Shown here: one piece after another, positions 56,347 to 64,000 of the stretch
Layout of the letters: each line of letters starts with the position of its first letter
Numbering within the stretch: position 1 is the stretch's first letter
Virus record (IMG/VR): IMGVR_UViG_3300017960_000013
DNA: 64,000 nt
Direction: 5' to 3' (one strand)
Origin: a virus
Notes under the pieces: generated by a model
What the model saw: the letters and a program-made list of their open reading frames with translations, nothing else
What the model was told of the DNA's origin: nothing
Database searches by the model: none
Position numbers and translations under genes: made by a program

Positions 56347-56511
56347 AGGAGGGCAACTCCCGCTCCCGGCTATTTAACTCCGGTCATGACTAACTCTGAG
56401 GCTTCCTCTTTCGAAGGTTTCATCCTATAATTAAGGGCATTGGGAATCCAACCCAATCAGAGCAGACTGCGGGAGTTTGGAAGCTTACTGCGCTTCACGG
56501 TACGCCCTCCT
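56347..56511 (-). ncRNA. candidate structured RNA (~165 nt, multi-branched)
   Basis: Nested inverted repeats AGGAGGGC/GCCCTCCT, AACTCCCGC/GCGGGAGTT and CTCTGA/TCAGAG enclosing three hairpins. Confidence 0.5.
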
Positions 56512-56692
56512 ATTGTGGTTCTGTCTTTGAGGTTTCACTTTCCTCTTTGCTGCAATTCGAACAGAAATCGACACCATCAAAACTGGTCCAGCCTGTAGCC
56601 TTTGCCATATCACGCAAGTGCTTTTCGTCGTCACCCTGTCCGAACTCATAACAACACTTATCACAGGCTAAAGAATATGTCGCTTCGATCAT
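56510..56692 (-). CDS. small zinc-finger protein
   Basis: CDKC ... CSNC. Confidence 0.55.
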   Translation of the reverse strand: MIEATYSLACDKCCYEFGQGDDEKHLRDMAKATGWTSFDGVDFCSNCSKEESETSKTEPQ

Positions 56693-56701
56693 GCTTCCTC
56701 C

Positions 56702-57013
56702 TTACGGCCAACGGGTCATTTCAGTAAGCTGCTTGCCTTTCAGCACGATGGGAACGTCACAGCGAAGGTACGCAATGTCCTCGTCAAGATTTCCGATGTG
56801 GATGGCTTCCAACTGCTTGGCAAACTTCTTGAGACCTTCGCGTGCGCTTTTTACGGTTTCGTTGAAGTCCTTGTCGTCTGAAGCCGGAAGAACTTCCGCC
56901 AGCTCCTCCAGATACTGCTGGCCATTATCGATGGCTACAATAGTCGCGTCGTACTGTCTGAGCAAGAACCGGAACCGTTCCAATGCCTTTCTCTGCTTTT
57001 TCGTCATAGCCAT
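56702..57013 (-). CDS. small helical protein
   Basis: 103 aa, AGGAG RBS. Confidence 0.6.
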   Translation of the reverse strand: MAMTKKQRKALERFRFLLRQYDATIVAIDNGQQYLEELAEVLPASDDKDFNETVKSAREGLKKFAKQLEAIHIGNLDEDIAYLRCDVPIVLKGKQLTEMTRWP

Positions 57014-57246
57014 TTCGCCGCTCCTTTCAGTCTTCTGGAAGGTCAGCTTCTTTGAACTTGTCGCAACTTTCTCCCATCAACTCCACCTGCTCTGCTCCCT
57101 TTTTCGCGGCACACGAAATAAGCATGCGCTTATTCTGCCACTGCATACAGGCGTCGGAATGTTCACACGCGAAGCAGTGGGCGTTTTCCTTCGAGAATTT
57201 GGTATCTGTGTCGCTCATCGGTTCGTCCTCTCGATTGAATAGAGCC

Positions 57247-57918
57247 TCACTCGCCGTTTCTTTTTCGTTCAAAGGCCAAGTCCTCTTCAAAACCGGAGAA
57301 CACGGCTAAAAGCTTCTGAACGTGCTCCGCTGAATACTCTCGGGACGGGTCGATTCGTATCGTGAATTTGCCCCTCCCTTTCGCGTGAATTCCGAACGTG
57401 TGTTTCCCAACGTTGTACGAGCAGCTGGTTGCGTTTTCACGCGGGTAGGTGGCGTTGGGAAAGTGTTTGTGAAGGTCTGCTACCTGTCCCTTTTCGTAGT
57501 TTTTTAGTTTGATCTGCTTGTCAATGAATTCGTGAATTTCATCCATCATAGCGTCGCACCGCTCGTGCATGCTTTTCGCAGCCTTATCCAGATTCTTGAT
57601 CTGGTCAAAATCCGAATTGATGCGGCGTTCTCGGATGCGGTCATCCCCGTTTCCCACGCGGCTGGGCGTAGCCACGATTTTGTTGGTAACTTGGCTTCTG
57701 CTCCAACCGTGGTAAAAACTCTTACGGCGAATGGTGATTTTAACTTCTTCGCCGTACGTCTCTTTGCGGACAATGTGCCAATGTTGCGGTTTCATCTTGC
57801 CCTCATCATTTTCCATGACGAGTTTGTAGACGTTTCCAGACAGGTTGTTGAGCATGACGTGAAATCGCACCCAGAAGTTCCTGCATTCGTCTTGCTTTTT
57901 TGGCAGTAATTCGCTCAT
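57247..57918 (-). CDS. hypothetical protein
   Basis: Likely start MSELLP. Confidence 0.6.
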   Translation of the reverse strand: MSELLPKKQDECRNFWVRFHVMLNNLSGNVYKLVMENDEGKMKPQHWHIVRKETYGEEVKITIRRKSFYHGWSRSQVTNKIVATPSRVGNGDDRIRERRINSDFDQIKNLDKAAKSMHERCDAMMDEIHEFIDKQIKLKNYEKGQVADLHKHFPNATYPRENATSCSYNVGKHTFGIHAKGRGKFTIRIDPSREYSAEHVQKLLAVFSGFEEDLAFERKRNGE

Positions 57919-58283
57919 GATATTTCCCTCACAAACCGCTCTTGGCCAAAGAGTTTTGTCCATTCTTCGATTACGTACTCATAGCGGTATGCAGTCCGGC
58001 TTTCATTGAATGAAACTCCATTGTTCTCGTCAATCCAATCTCTTTTCTTTTGAGCTTTTTCAAGCGTAACTACTTTGATCTCCCATGGGCCTTGCGCCGC
58101 GCACATGTAATGCGGGTGTTGGCACACTGGCGGCAAATCTTTCGCTGCGACAAGCTCTCCATTTTGACTATGGTACATTACCGGAACCGCTTTGATCTTG
58201 AAGAATGTTGAGTGTTCTGAAAATTCCGGTTCAACAGGCTTTGGTCTCGGCTTGACCGTTCCATTACACGCATAGTTACTCAT
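57915..58283 (-). CDS. hypothetical protein
   Basis: 122 aa, AAAGGA RBS. Confidence 0.6.
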   Translation of the reverse strand: MSNYACNGTVKPRPKPVEPEFSEHSTFFKIKAVPVMYHSQNGELVAAKDLPPVCQHPHYMCAAQGPWEIKVVTLEKAQKKRDWIDENNGVSFNESRTAYRYEYVIEEWTKLFGQERFVREIS

Positions 58284-58303
58284 GATCGCATCCTTTCAAT
58301 CCG

Positions 58304-58419
58304 TCAACGGCAGACAGGATTCCCGTACTGGCGAACAGTATGGGCGACACGCCAGCCGCAAGAGACTTAACGAGGGGACAAACCCCGGCCCATTTCGTGG
58401 ACGAATCCTGTCGCCGTCG
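58304..58419 (-). ncRNA. candidate structured leader RNA or ncRNA
   Basis: Long stem 58308..58322 / 58402..58415 enclosing hairpins, one with a UUCG-containing loop. Confidence 0.4.
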
Positions 58420-58442
58420 AGGATTTATTCATGTCCCTCAAG

Positions 58443-58492
58443 AAAAAAATGGGGTGGCTGAATCTCCCGCGCAAAGGAAGACCAGCCACCCC
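58443..58492 (-). terminator. intrinsic terminator
   Basis: GGGGTGGCTG/CAGCCACCCC 10-bp stem followed by a T7 tract on the minus strand, downstream of the DUF6744-like gene. Confidence 0.8.
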
Positions 58493-58511
58493 TGCCGTAG
58501 AGGGAGGACGG

Positions 58512-59402
58512 TTACTTTTTACCTTTGGCCGCTTCCACCTCGCCAATCCGGTTGGCGATGAGGTTGGCGGCGTCATTGATCTCTTCCAGCAGCTCCTCGA
58601 ACTGCTCCCCGAAGCCGGTGATCTCTGAGTAAGCCTTGACGAGCGCTTCGGCTTCCGCCAAGTCCTTCTTGCGTCCCTCAAGCCCACGGACAGTCTTGCT
58701 GGGCTTGGCCACCGAGCGCAGGATGTCGGTCAGCTGCTGCTTCACGGTGCGCTTGGCGCTGTCCCACACCCACTCCAGCGCATTCTCGGACTCGACCTTG
58801 CAGTCGTACCACACGCGTCCGATGCTCAGCGCTGTCGTGAACTTGTTGAGGCGTTCGATTACCTCAACCTGCGGTTCGGGAACAAAGTACAGCCCACCCG
58901 TGGGGATGAGCGCAATGCCCTTGCCCTCGCGCCGAATGATGCGGTAGATGTAGCTGCGGATGTCGCCAGACGTCAGGCCGACGCTGTACAGGTCGAACTC
59001 TTCCTTGAACTCTGCGGCCTTTGAACCTTCGGCCTCAACCTGTCCCGACTCCTTGTTGAGCCGAATGGTTGTGGTCTGCTCGTACCCGAGGATTTCATTG
59101 GCCTCATCACGCGACTCATCGACGATGCCGACAACCGTGCGAATGCCGTTGTCCAGCACCTTGCGTGCGAGGTGGTCGTTGAAGCGACCCGTCTTGGACT
59201 GCCTGCCGTCCTTGAGCGTTTTGCTCACGGCTTTGGCAGCGCGAATGAGCGCCGACTTCGTGGACTTCTCCGGCACCAGCGCGTCGGGCAGGCCTGCGTT
59301 GCGCGCAGCTTCCTTGACCATATCCGACGGGATGACGGTTTCGGTCAATTCGGCCTTGACTTCGTAGCCGATCACTTTGACGTTGCTGAGATATGTTGCC
59401 AT
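58512..59402 (-). CDS. DUF6744-like protein
   Basis: AGLP..LVP, LTSGDIRSYI, TGGLYFVP pattern; start MATYL; GC-rich codon usage. Confidence 0.55.
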   Translation of the reverse strand: MATYLSNVKVIGYEVKAELTETVIPSDMVKEAARNAGLPDALVPEKSTKSALIRAAKAVSKTLKDGRQSKTGRFNDHLARKVLDNGIRTVVGIVDESRDEANEILGYEQTTTIRLNKESGQVEAEGSKAAEFKEEFDLYSVGLTSGDIRSYIYRIIRREGKGIALIPTGGLYFVPEPQVEVIERLNKFTTALSIGRVWYDCKVESENALEWVWDSAKRTVKQQLTDILRSVAKPSKTVRGLEGRKKDLAEAEALVKAYSEITGFGEQFEELLEEINDAANLIANRIGEVEAAKGKK

Positions 59403-59420
59403 GATTTCATTGCCCTCCGC

Positions 59421-59515
59421 GAAAAGGTTTGCCTTGCAAATGCAGGTGTCCAAACCACCCTTCAAAAGACTTAACCGCATGAATCGCCATTTGCCGTGAA
59501 CTTTCTTCGCATTTT
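59421..59515 (-). repeat. ~95-bp dispersed repeat, copy 2 (promoter-like)
   Basis: Differs from copy 1 at only ~3 positions; lies immediately before the RBS of 58512..59402. Confidence 0.9.
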
Positions 59516-59944
59516 ACGCAGTTTTTTTGTGGCCCGTTTCTTGTTCTCGTTCAACAACTTACGCGTCTTATCTCTTCGGCTTATCTTCTCTTTGGGCGGT
59601 TCGGTTAGTTCGAAGGTGATAACGGTGGAAACCTTCGACATGGATTTGAAGACCTCGTCAGCGCCGTAGCCTTTCATCGATAGGTTGCGTAGCTGATCGA
59701 AAAAGTCATCGTCGGTGTCCGTGTCGATGTCGCCATAGACAAACAGCACATTGTTTTCTGAGAGCATGATTTCAGTTGGTTCGCGGAACACGTACTTCTT
59801 GCTCCTGAAGATTATTTCGATTTCATGCCGGAGCACATCGCGGTAAACGTCTTCCACGACACCGCGCACTTTGTCGCCACCCATGCGTTGGGGAAGTTTG
59901 AACTTGACCACCTTGCCAATCATTTCGTAAATCAGGTAGCGCAT
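59471..59944 (-). CDS. hypothetical protein
   Basis: Likely start MRYLIY; the 3' end runs into repeat copy 2. Confidence 0.55.
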   Translation of the reverse strand: MRYLIYEMIGKVVKFKLPQRMGGDKVRGVVEDVYRDVLRHEIEIIFRSKKYVFREPTEIMLSENNVLFVYGDIDTDTDDDFFDQLRNLSMKGYGADEVFKSMSKVSTVITFELTEPPKEKISRRDKTRKLLNENKKRATKKLRKMRRKFTANGDSCG

Positions 59945-60102
59945 TGAATCCCCTTCTGCTCGTTTTTTGTAACATAAAGGACAAGGCTTATTGTCCAATC
60001 GCACTTTGTGCAACACACATAAGCTTGTCCCCACCTTTTGACTTCAAGTGAAGACTTGCATTGCGGACAATCCTCAAGATTAACTTTTGGCATGACTTCC
60101 CC

Positions 60103-60290
60103 TTAGCAGAAAAGCGCCCAAAGAATGTAGCCTACTGACGCGCCAATGATAGTGATAGCGCAAATATACACAAAAGCTTCCCAAACAAATTCGAGAAAAT
60201 CGTCCCAACGATTATTGCGCTCAGGGATGCCTGCTTCCTTCGCCAGCTTAATGATCCTGCCATACGCCTTATCAAACTCGCGTTTCTCCA
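60103..60290 (-). CDS. small membrane protein
   Basis: Likely start MEKREF after AGGAG; C-terminal hydrophobic helix. Confidence 0.5.
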
Positions 60291-60292
60291 TC

Positions 60293-61201
60293 TCAACTCT
60301 CCTTTTTCTTGCTGAGAAGCTTGATGGCGTATTTGCCCTGAAGCTCGCCCAGCGCATCGACAAGACCTTGAAGGTTTTCTTCGCTGTCACCCATCATGGA
60401 AAGGAATCCCTCAATGGCCAATCCCATGCGCTCGCTGAAATGCTTCTTCACGGCGTCACTGTCGTTGGACGGGATTTCAAGCTTGGCTTTCGCTTTCGCT
60501 TTCTGTTCGTCCGCTTTGCCCAAGACAACAGAGAGAGTCTGCCCTTCATTAGCAGACTGGACACGCTTCTCCTTTGACGGCGCAGCTGGGGACGCTTCAG
60601 GCTCGGAATTGACCGCAGGAAAGTTGTTGGGTTTGATACGCTTCTGAATGTCGTCAATCATCTCGCCATCGCTGAAACTTGCCGCACTGTAACTTTCTTC
60701 TATCTCAACGCCATAACGCTTTTTGTAGTTGATGGCATCACTGCTGTTTTTGTCTTTCCAATCGTTGCCGTAAGCCTTCTTGTTGTCGGTGTTCCACGAA
60801 TTTCCAGCCGTGGGAATGTAGCCGCGTAACTGTTTGCCATCCCAGTAGATGATGAAGAACAGCGGGCACTCCCAGTCGCCACCGGCAGTGACGCCCAGAA
60901 ACGTAAGGCCGTATGTATGGAAGCCTGCCAAATCGCAACCAGCATAGCCTTCCCCTCGCTCGGCCTCAAGGTTCTCCGTGTCGAAATCGACCTTGGCCAA
61001 ATCCTTTTCGACGGTCTTGGTCAGGTACGGAAGGTTCAAATGGTATGCATGTTTTTCGACGTTTTCGCGTGCGCTTTTCTCTGGTGGTTTGTTATTGACC
61101 CAGCCTTCATAGTCGCCTTCATAGTCGCGATTAGCGTACGCTGCGTTCAGGATTTTCTGCGCTAACGCTTCGACTGAGATGGGTGCGTAATACCTTGGCA
61201 T
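60293..61201 (-). CDS. hypothetical protein
   Basis: 302 aa, AAGGAG RBS. Confidence 0.65.
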   Translation of the reverse strand: MPRYYAPISVEALAQKILNAAYANRDYEGDYEGWVNNKPPEKSARENVEKHAYHLNLPYLTKTVEKDLAKVDFDTENLEAERGEGYAGCDLAGFHTYGLTFLGVTAGGDWECPLFFIIYWDGKQLRGYIPTAGNSWNTDNKKAYGNDWKDKNSSDAINYKKRYGVEIEESYSAASFSDGEMIDDIQKRIKPNNFPAVNSEPEASPAAPSKEKRVQSANEGQTLSVVLGKADEQKAKAKAKLEIPSNDSDAVKKHFSERMGLAIEGFLSMMGDSEENLQGLVDALGELQGKYAIKLLSKKKES

Positions 61202-61210
61202 GATTACTCC

Positions 61211-61570
61211 TTATCCTACTGCCCGTTGTACCATTTTTTGAAAACCATCCTCAAGCCGTTCACCGTAAGTTTTTGTAGTACGGCCTGAAAAACCGTACCG
61301 CTCGTCTCGCGTTTCTGCTCCCCTTGTAGCGCGATCACTCGCTTTTTCCTCTGCTTTTGTGTGAGAGCAGAATTGATCACCGTGAACTATCCGTCCGCAA
61401 ATCTCACAGACATACTTGTGTTTGTGTCCGTACGTTGAAAGTTTCTGTCCCATTTCCGTTTTCAAGCGGTTTGGCTGTGTTCTACAACTGTAATCAAGGA
61501 ATCCGGCATCCCATAAAAATCCTTCAAGTTCATGAAATGCTTTTTTCATCCTTTCATCCTCAGCGCCCAA
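61211..61570 (-). CDS. hypothetical protein
   Basis: CEICG zinc-knuckle-like motif; start uncertain. Confidence 0.5.
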   Translation of the reverse strand: MGAEDERMKKAFHELEGFLWDAGFLDYSCRTQPNRLKTEMGQKLSTYGHKHKYVCEICGRIVHGDQFCSHTKAEEKASDRATRGAETRDERYGFSGRTTKTYGERLEDGFQKMVQRAVG

Positions 61571-61613
61571 AAGAAAAAAAAGAGGGGCTGGGCTGAGCGG
61601 GACCCAGCCCCTC
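61569..61613 (-). terminator. intrinsic terminator
   Basis: GAGGGGCTGGG/CCCAGCCCCTC 11-bp stem followed by a T8 tract on the minus strand, downstream of the AAA gene. Confidence 0.88.
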
Positions 61614-61659
61614 GCCGCATATGCGCCTCTCCCAATGAGGCGCTACGGAGGGTTGACTG

Positions 61660-62889
61660 TTACTTGCGGAACATATCCTGAATGTCCCGCCCAAAGGCCA
61701 TCATCGCAGCCTCGTTGTAGAGTGCCCGTTCCTCGGGCATCGTCTTGTTGAGCACGCCGTACTTCACCGCCTTGTTGATATCGCCCCAGATTTCGTACGC
61801 GTTGCCAAGGGCGACGACCAACCGTGTGGACAGTGGCGTAGCCGTGTCACCTTGCTTGAGGTGGTCACGCACCTGATTGCGGAATTTCAGGCACTGCTTG
61901 ACGATGCGGTCATCCCCGATTTTGAGCCGCAGGATTTCCTCTTCCGCGTCAACGTTCCAGCTCAGTTCGAAGACAACGTCCACGCGGTCAAGCGTGCTGA
62001 TGTCGAGCGCGTCGGACTGGGCGACGTAGAGGTCATCGCCTTCGCCGGTCAATCCACGGCCAATGGTATTGCCCAAGAAGGCAATCCGCATTCCGCTGTG
62101 AGCGACGACCTTGCGGCCACCGTCGTTGTCCAAGCGGATGAAGCGCTCCCCAGTGAAATCGTCGAGCAGGTTGTTCATGCCCATGGCGATGTTCGGGTCG
62201 CACTGGTTGAATTCGTCGAAGACCAACAGCGCAGGCTTTACCTTTTCCTTCACCATCTTCCCGTCGCGCTCAACTTCGATTTCCTCAACCTCATTGCCGT
62301 CCTTGTCCTTCCCGCACTGGCAAGCACGGGTCACCGGACCGTCTTGATAGACAATGTCACCGTTCTCGATGACCTGTTGGCCGTAAAAGTGCTTGGACAG
62401 CATATCGCGCTTGCAGTTGATGAGGATCAGTTCCATGTCCAGCATCTCAGCGATGCGATGCATCAGGTGCGTTTTGCCGGTTCCCGTCGGGCCGACGATC
62501 ATGGGCTTGAGGCCACCCTTCAGCGCCTCAACGATGTCGCTCAGCTCCTTGGGGTCACGGTACTCGTGGCGCGTCCGCTTGCGCTTCTTGGACTTGACTG
62601 CATCGTCCTTCTTCGATTTCTTGGTGTCAGTCGTGCCCAGTGTGGTCGCCGTGGTAGCACCAGCGGCCAGCGCCGTTCGGGACGTCAGCGTGACGGACTT
62701 ACCGAACGGGTCAAGGCCCACGACCACTTTGTGCGTCCGGACAAGCTCATTCCGGACCTTGGCTTTGCGCCAGTAGTCGATGTGTCCCTCAACCGCAGGG
62801 TCGTCCCACGCGACATCAACCTTGCCATGCTGCTCGGCAAGCTTGACGGCAGCATCAACCGCTGCCTGCTCTTTTGCGTTTAAGCTCAT
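61660..62889 (-). CDS. MoxR/CobS-like AAA+ ATPase (AAA_5 type)
   Basis: Walker A GPTGTGKT, Walker B LVFDEFN, LGNTIG, LDRVD, PLSTR. Confidence 0.88.
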   Translation of the reverse strand: MSLNAKEQAAVDAAVKLAEQHGKVDVAWDDPAVEGHIDYWRKAKVRNELVRTHKVVVGLDPFGKSVTLTSRTALAAGATTATTLGTTDTKKSKKDDAVKSKKRKRTRHEYRDPKELSDIVEALKGGLKPMIVGPTGTGKTHLMHRIAEMLDMELILINCKRDMLSKHFYGQQVIENGDIVYQDGPVTRACQCGKDKDGNEVEEIEVERDGKMVKEKVKPALLVFDEFNQCDPNIAMGMNNLLDDFTGERFIRLDNDGGRKVVAHSGMRIAFLGNTIGRGLTGEGDDLYVAQSDALDISTLDRVDVVFELSWNVDAEEEILRLKIGDDRIVKQCLKFRNQVRDHLKQGDTATPLSTRLVVALGNAYEIWGDINKAVKYGVLNKTMPEERALYNEAAMMAFGRDIQDMFRK

Positions 62890-62934
62890 TTTTACCCTCC
62901 GCTCAAGACATAGGACAAAAAGCGCTCATATCAA

Positions 62935-62983
62935 CCTTCAAAAGACTTAACCGCATGCAACCCCATTTGCCGTGAACTTTCTT
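62935..62983 (-). repeat. 49-bp core of the dispersed repeat, copy 3 (promoter-like)
   Basis: Matches 52391..52439 and 59459..59507 except in a 6-nt central spacer; upstream of the AAA gene. Confidence 0.85.
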
Positions 62984-62992
62984 GACATTTTC

Positions 62993-63685
62993 TTAGGTTT
63001 TTTTGGCCACGTTCGATTGATCCGAATCGTTACTCTCGTTGGGTTCGAACCACACAAACCGCTTCACGTCGAATTCGCCCACGACGCCACTATCGTCCGC
63101 TACGCAAACGAGGTCGCCCTCGCTCGCCACGAGCGGGTAGCCTTTGGATAGGGTAAGGTTTGCCCCGGTATTATTGACGCAATAGGCGAGGGGGAAGTCC
63201 ATTACGCTTCCATCACCAATAGCAAGGCGAAAGTCGGTTAGCGTATGATAGTCGTCGGGGTTCTCCTCGCTGGAGATATTGAACTTGTCGTCCGTTCGGC
63301 TCACCTTGACCCAGCGCCCGGTTTCGATATCGCAGACCAGAATGCCGGTGCGTAGGTTGGTGCCATCGATGATCTCAAAGCACTCATGATTGTAATAGCC
63401 GCCATCCAGAATACCATATTGCGTTTCTGTTGCGCGGTCAATCACAACCACCTGTCCAGTTTCGTAATTGCAGGGAATCGTTCCAAGCCATGCGGCGTAC
63501 ACCATCTCGTATTCCCGAAAACATTCGCCCTCAAACTCGAACTTTTGCCTGTCCTGATTCTCATCAAGGACGTAGAACTTCTTGCGCCCAACTGCATCAA
63601 CTTCAAGAACATCACGCGCTGCATAGATTTTCTCCTCGATGAAATCTCCCTCGTCAGCACCACCCTTGTACTTCATGAAATACAT
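62993..63685 (-). CDS. hypothetical acidic beta-rich protein
   Basis: 230 aa, GGAGG RBS. Confidence 0.6.
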   Translation of the reverse strand: MYFMKYKGGADEGDFIEEKIYAARDVLEVDAVGRKKFYVLDENQDRQKFEFEGECFREYEMVYAAWLGTIPCNYETGQVVVIDRATETQYGILDGGYYNHECFEIIDGTNLRTGILVCDIETGRWVKVSRTDDKFNISSEENPDDYHTLTDFRLAIGDGSVMDFPLAYCVNNTGANLTLSKGYPLVASEGDLVCVADDSGVVGEFDVKRFVWFEPNESNDSDQSNVAKKT

Positions 63686-63698
63686 TGGTCATGCCTCC

Positions 63699-63971
63699 TT
63701 AATCCTCAACACCCAGTTCAAAACGATTGGTGAAGCATTCCTTCGGTTCCCCAAAACGGTCATACACGGTGATGAATTCCGGTTCAGGCACAAGCGGAAT
63801 GTCGTTGAAGTCATAGCCAATGCCTTCGTCGAAGTGATCCTCATAGCCTTTGTTATTGACGCAGACCATGACAAAACGCGACGACTCTTCCTCCTCATAT
63901 CCAGAGCACTGCTCGACAGAGTCGCTCTTGAGAAGGCAGTTGTTGAATCTGTTGCAGCTGGAGCATTTCAT
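63699..63971 (-). CDS. small Cys-containing protein
   Basis: CSSCNRFNNC; GAGGGA RBS. Confidence 0.55.
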   Translation of the reverse strand: MKCSSCNRFNNCLLKSDSVEQCSGYEEEESSRFVMVCVNNKGYEDHFDEGIGYDFNDIPLVPEPEFITVYDRFGEPKECFTNRFELGVED

Positions 63972-64000
63972 GTTATTCTTCCCTCACAATCTTGAAGCGG

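Noticed and set aside
56395-56463. Canonical tRNA gene in the cloverleaf-like segment
   Set aside because: Arm order and conserved bases do not fit on either strand (no TTC in the T loop, no D-loop GG, no CCA); kept only as an ncRNA candidate.
61852-62883. 343-aa plus-strand ORF
   Set aside because: Antisense shadow of a GC-rich AAA+ gene, where stops are rare on the opposite strand.
1-64000. CRISPR array or cas genes
   Set aside because: No regularly spaced repeat-spacer series was seen; the repeats found are dispersed or coding.

Overview
The window is a 64-kb piece of a large tailed dsDNA phage genome; the host cannot be identified. Essentially all credible genes lie on the minus strand. 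In transcription order (right to left) there are five blocks. (1) ~50.4-64 kb: short, mostly uncharacterised early-type genes, including a DUF6744-like protein and a MoxR/CobS-like AAA+ ATPase. This block also has a repeated ~49-95 bp promoter-like element and two strongly structured intergenic segments. (2) ~49.94-50.44 kb: a non-coding, strand-skewed gap. (3) ~32.5-49.2 kb: a dense array of more than 25 ORFs. Over 20 of them begin with the same amphipathic leader, roughly M-x(0-4)-[KR]-[VI]-A-x-E-L-[LI]-K-[ILV]-A-K-x-L, fused to unrelated cargo. The cargo includes a CCA-adding enzyme and (degenerate leader) a phosphatidylserine decarboxylase; an encapsulin-type ferritin carries a related motif at its C-terminus. 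(4) ~9.9-32.5 kb: middle genes. These include a candidate DNA-hypermodification cassette (2x ParB-like, glycosyltransferase, PIG-L deacetylase, radical SAM), nucleotidyltransferase and phosphoesterases, an AAA+/VWA-metallopeptidase pair, and NusG-like and sigma-region-4-like regulators. (5) 1-9.8 kb: packaging and head genes (terminase large subunit, probable portal, giant acidic protein). The strongest candidate for a new system is the shared leader peptide, which I infer to be a capsid-targeting or processing tag for a payload of injected proteins. All annotations come from reading motifs by eye; no database search or folding program was run.
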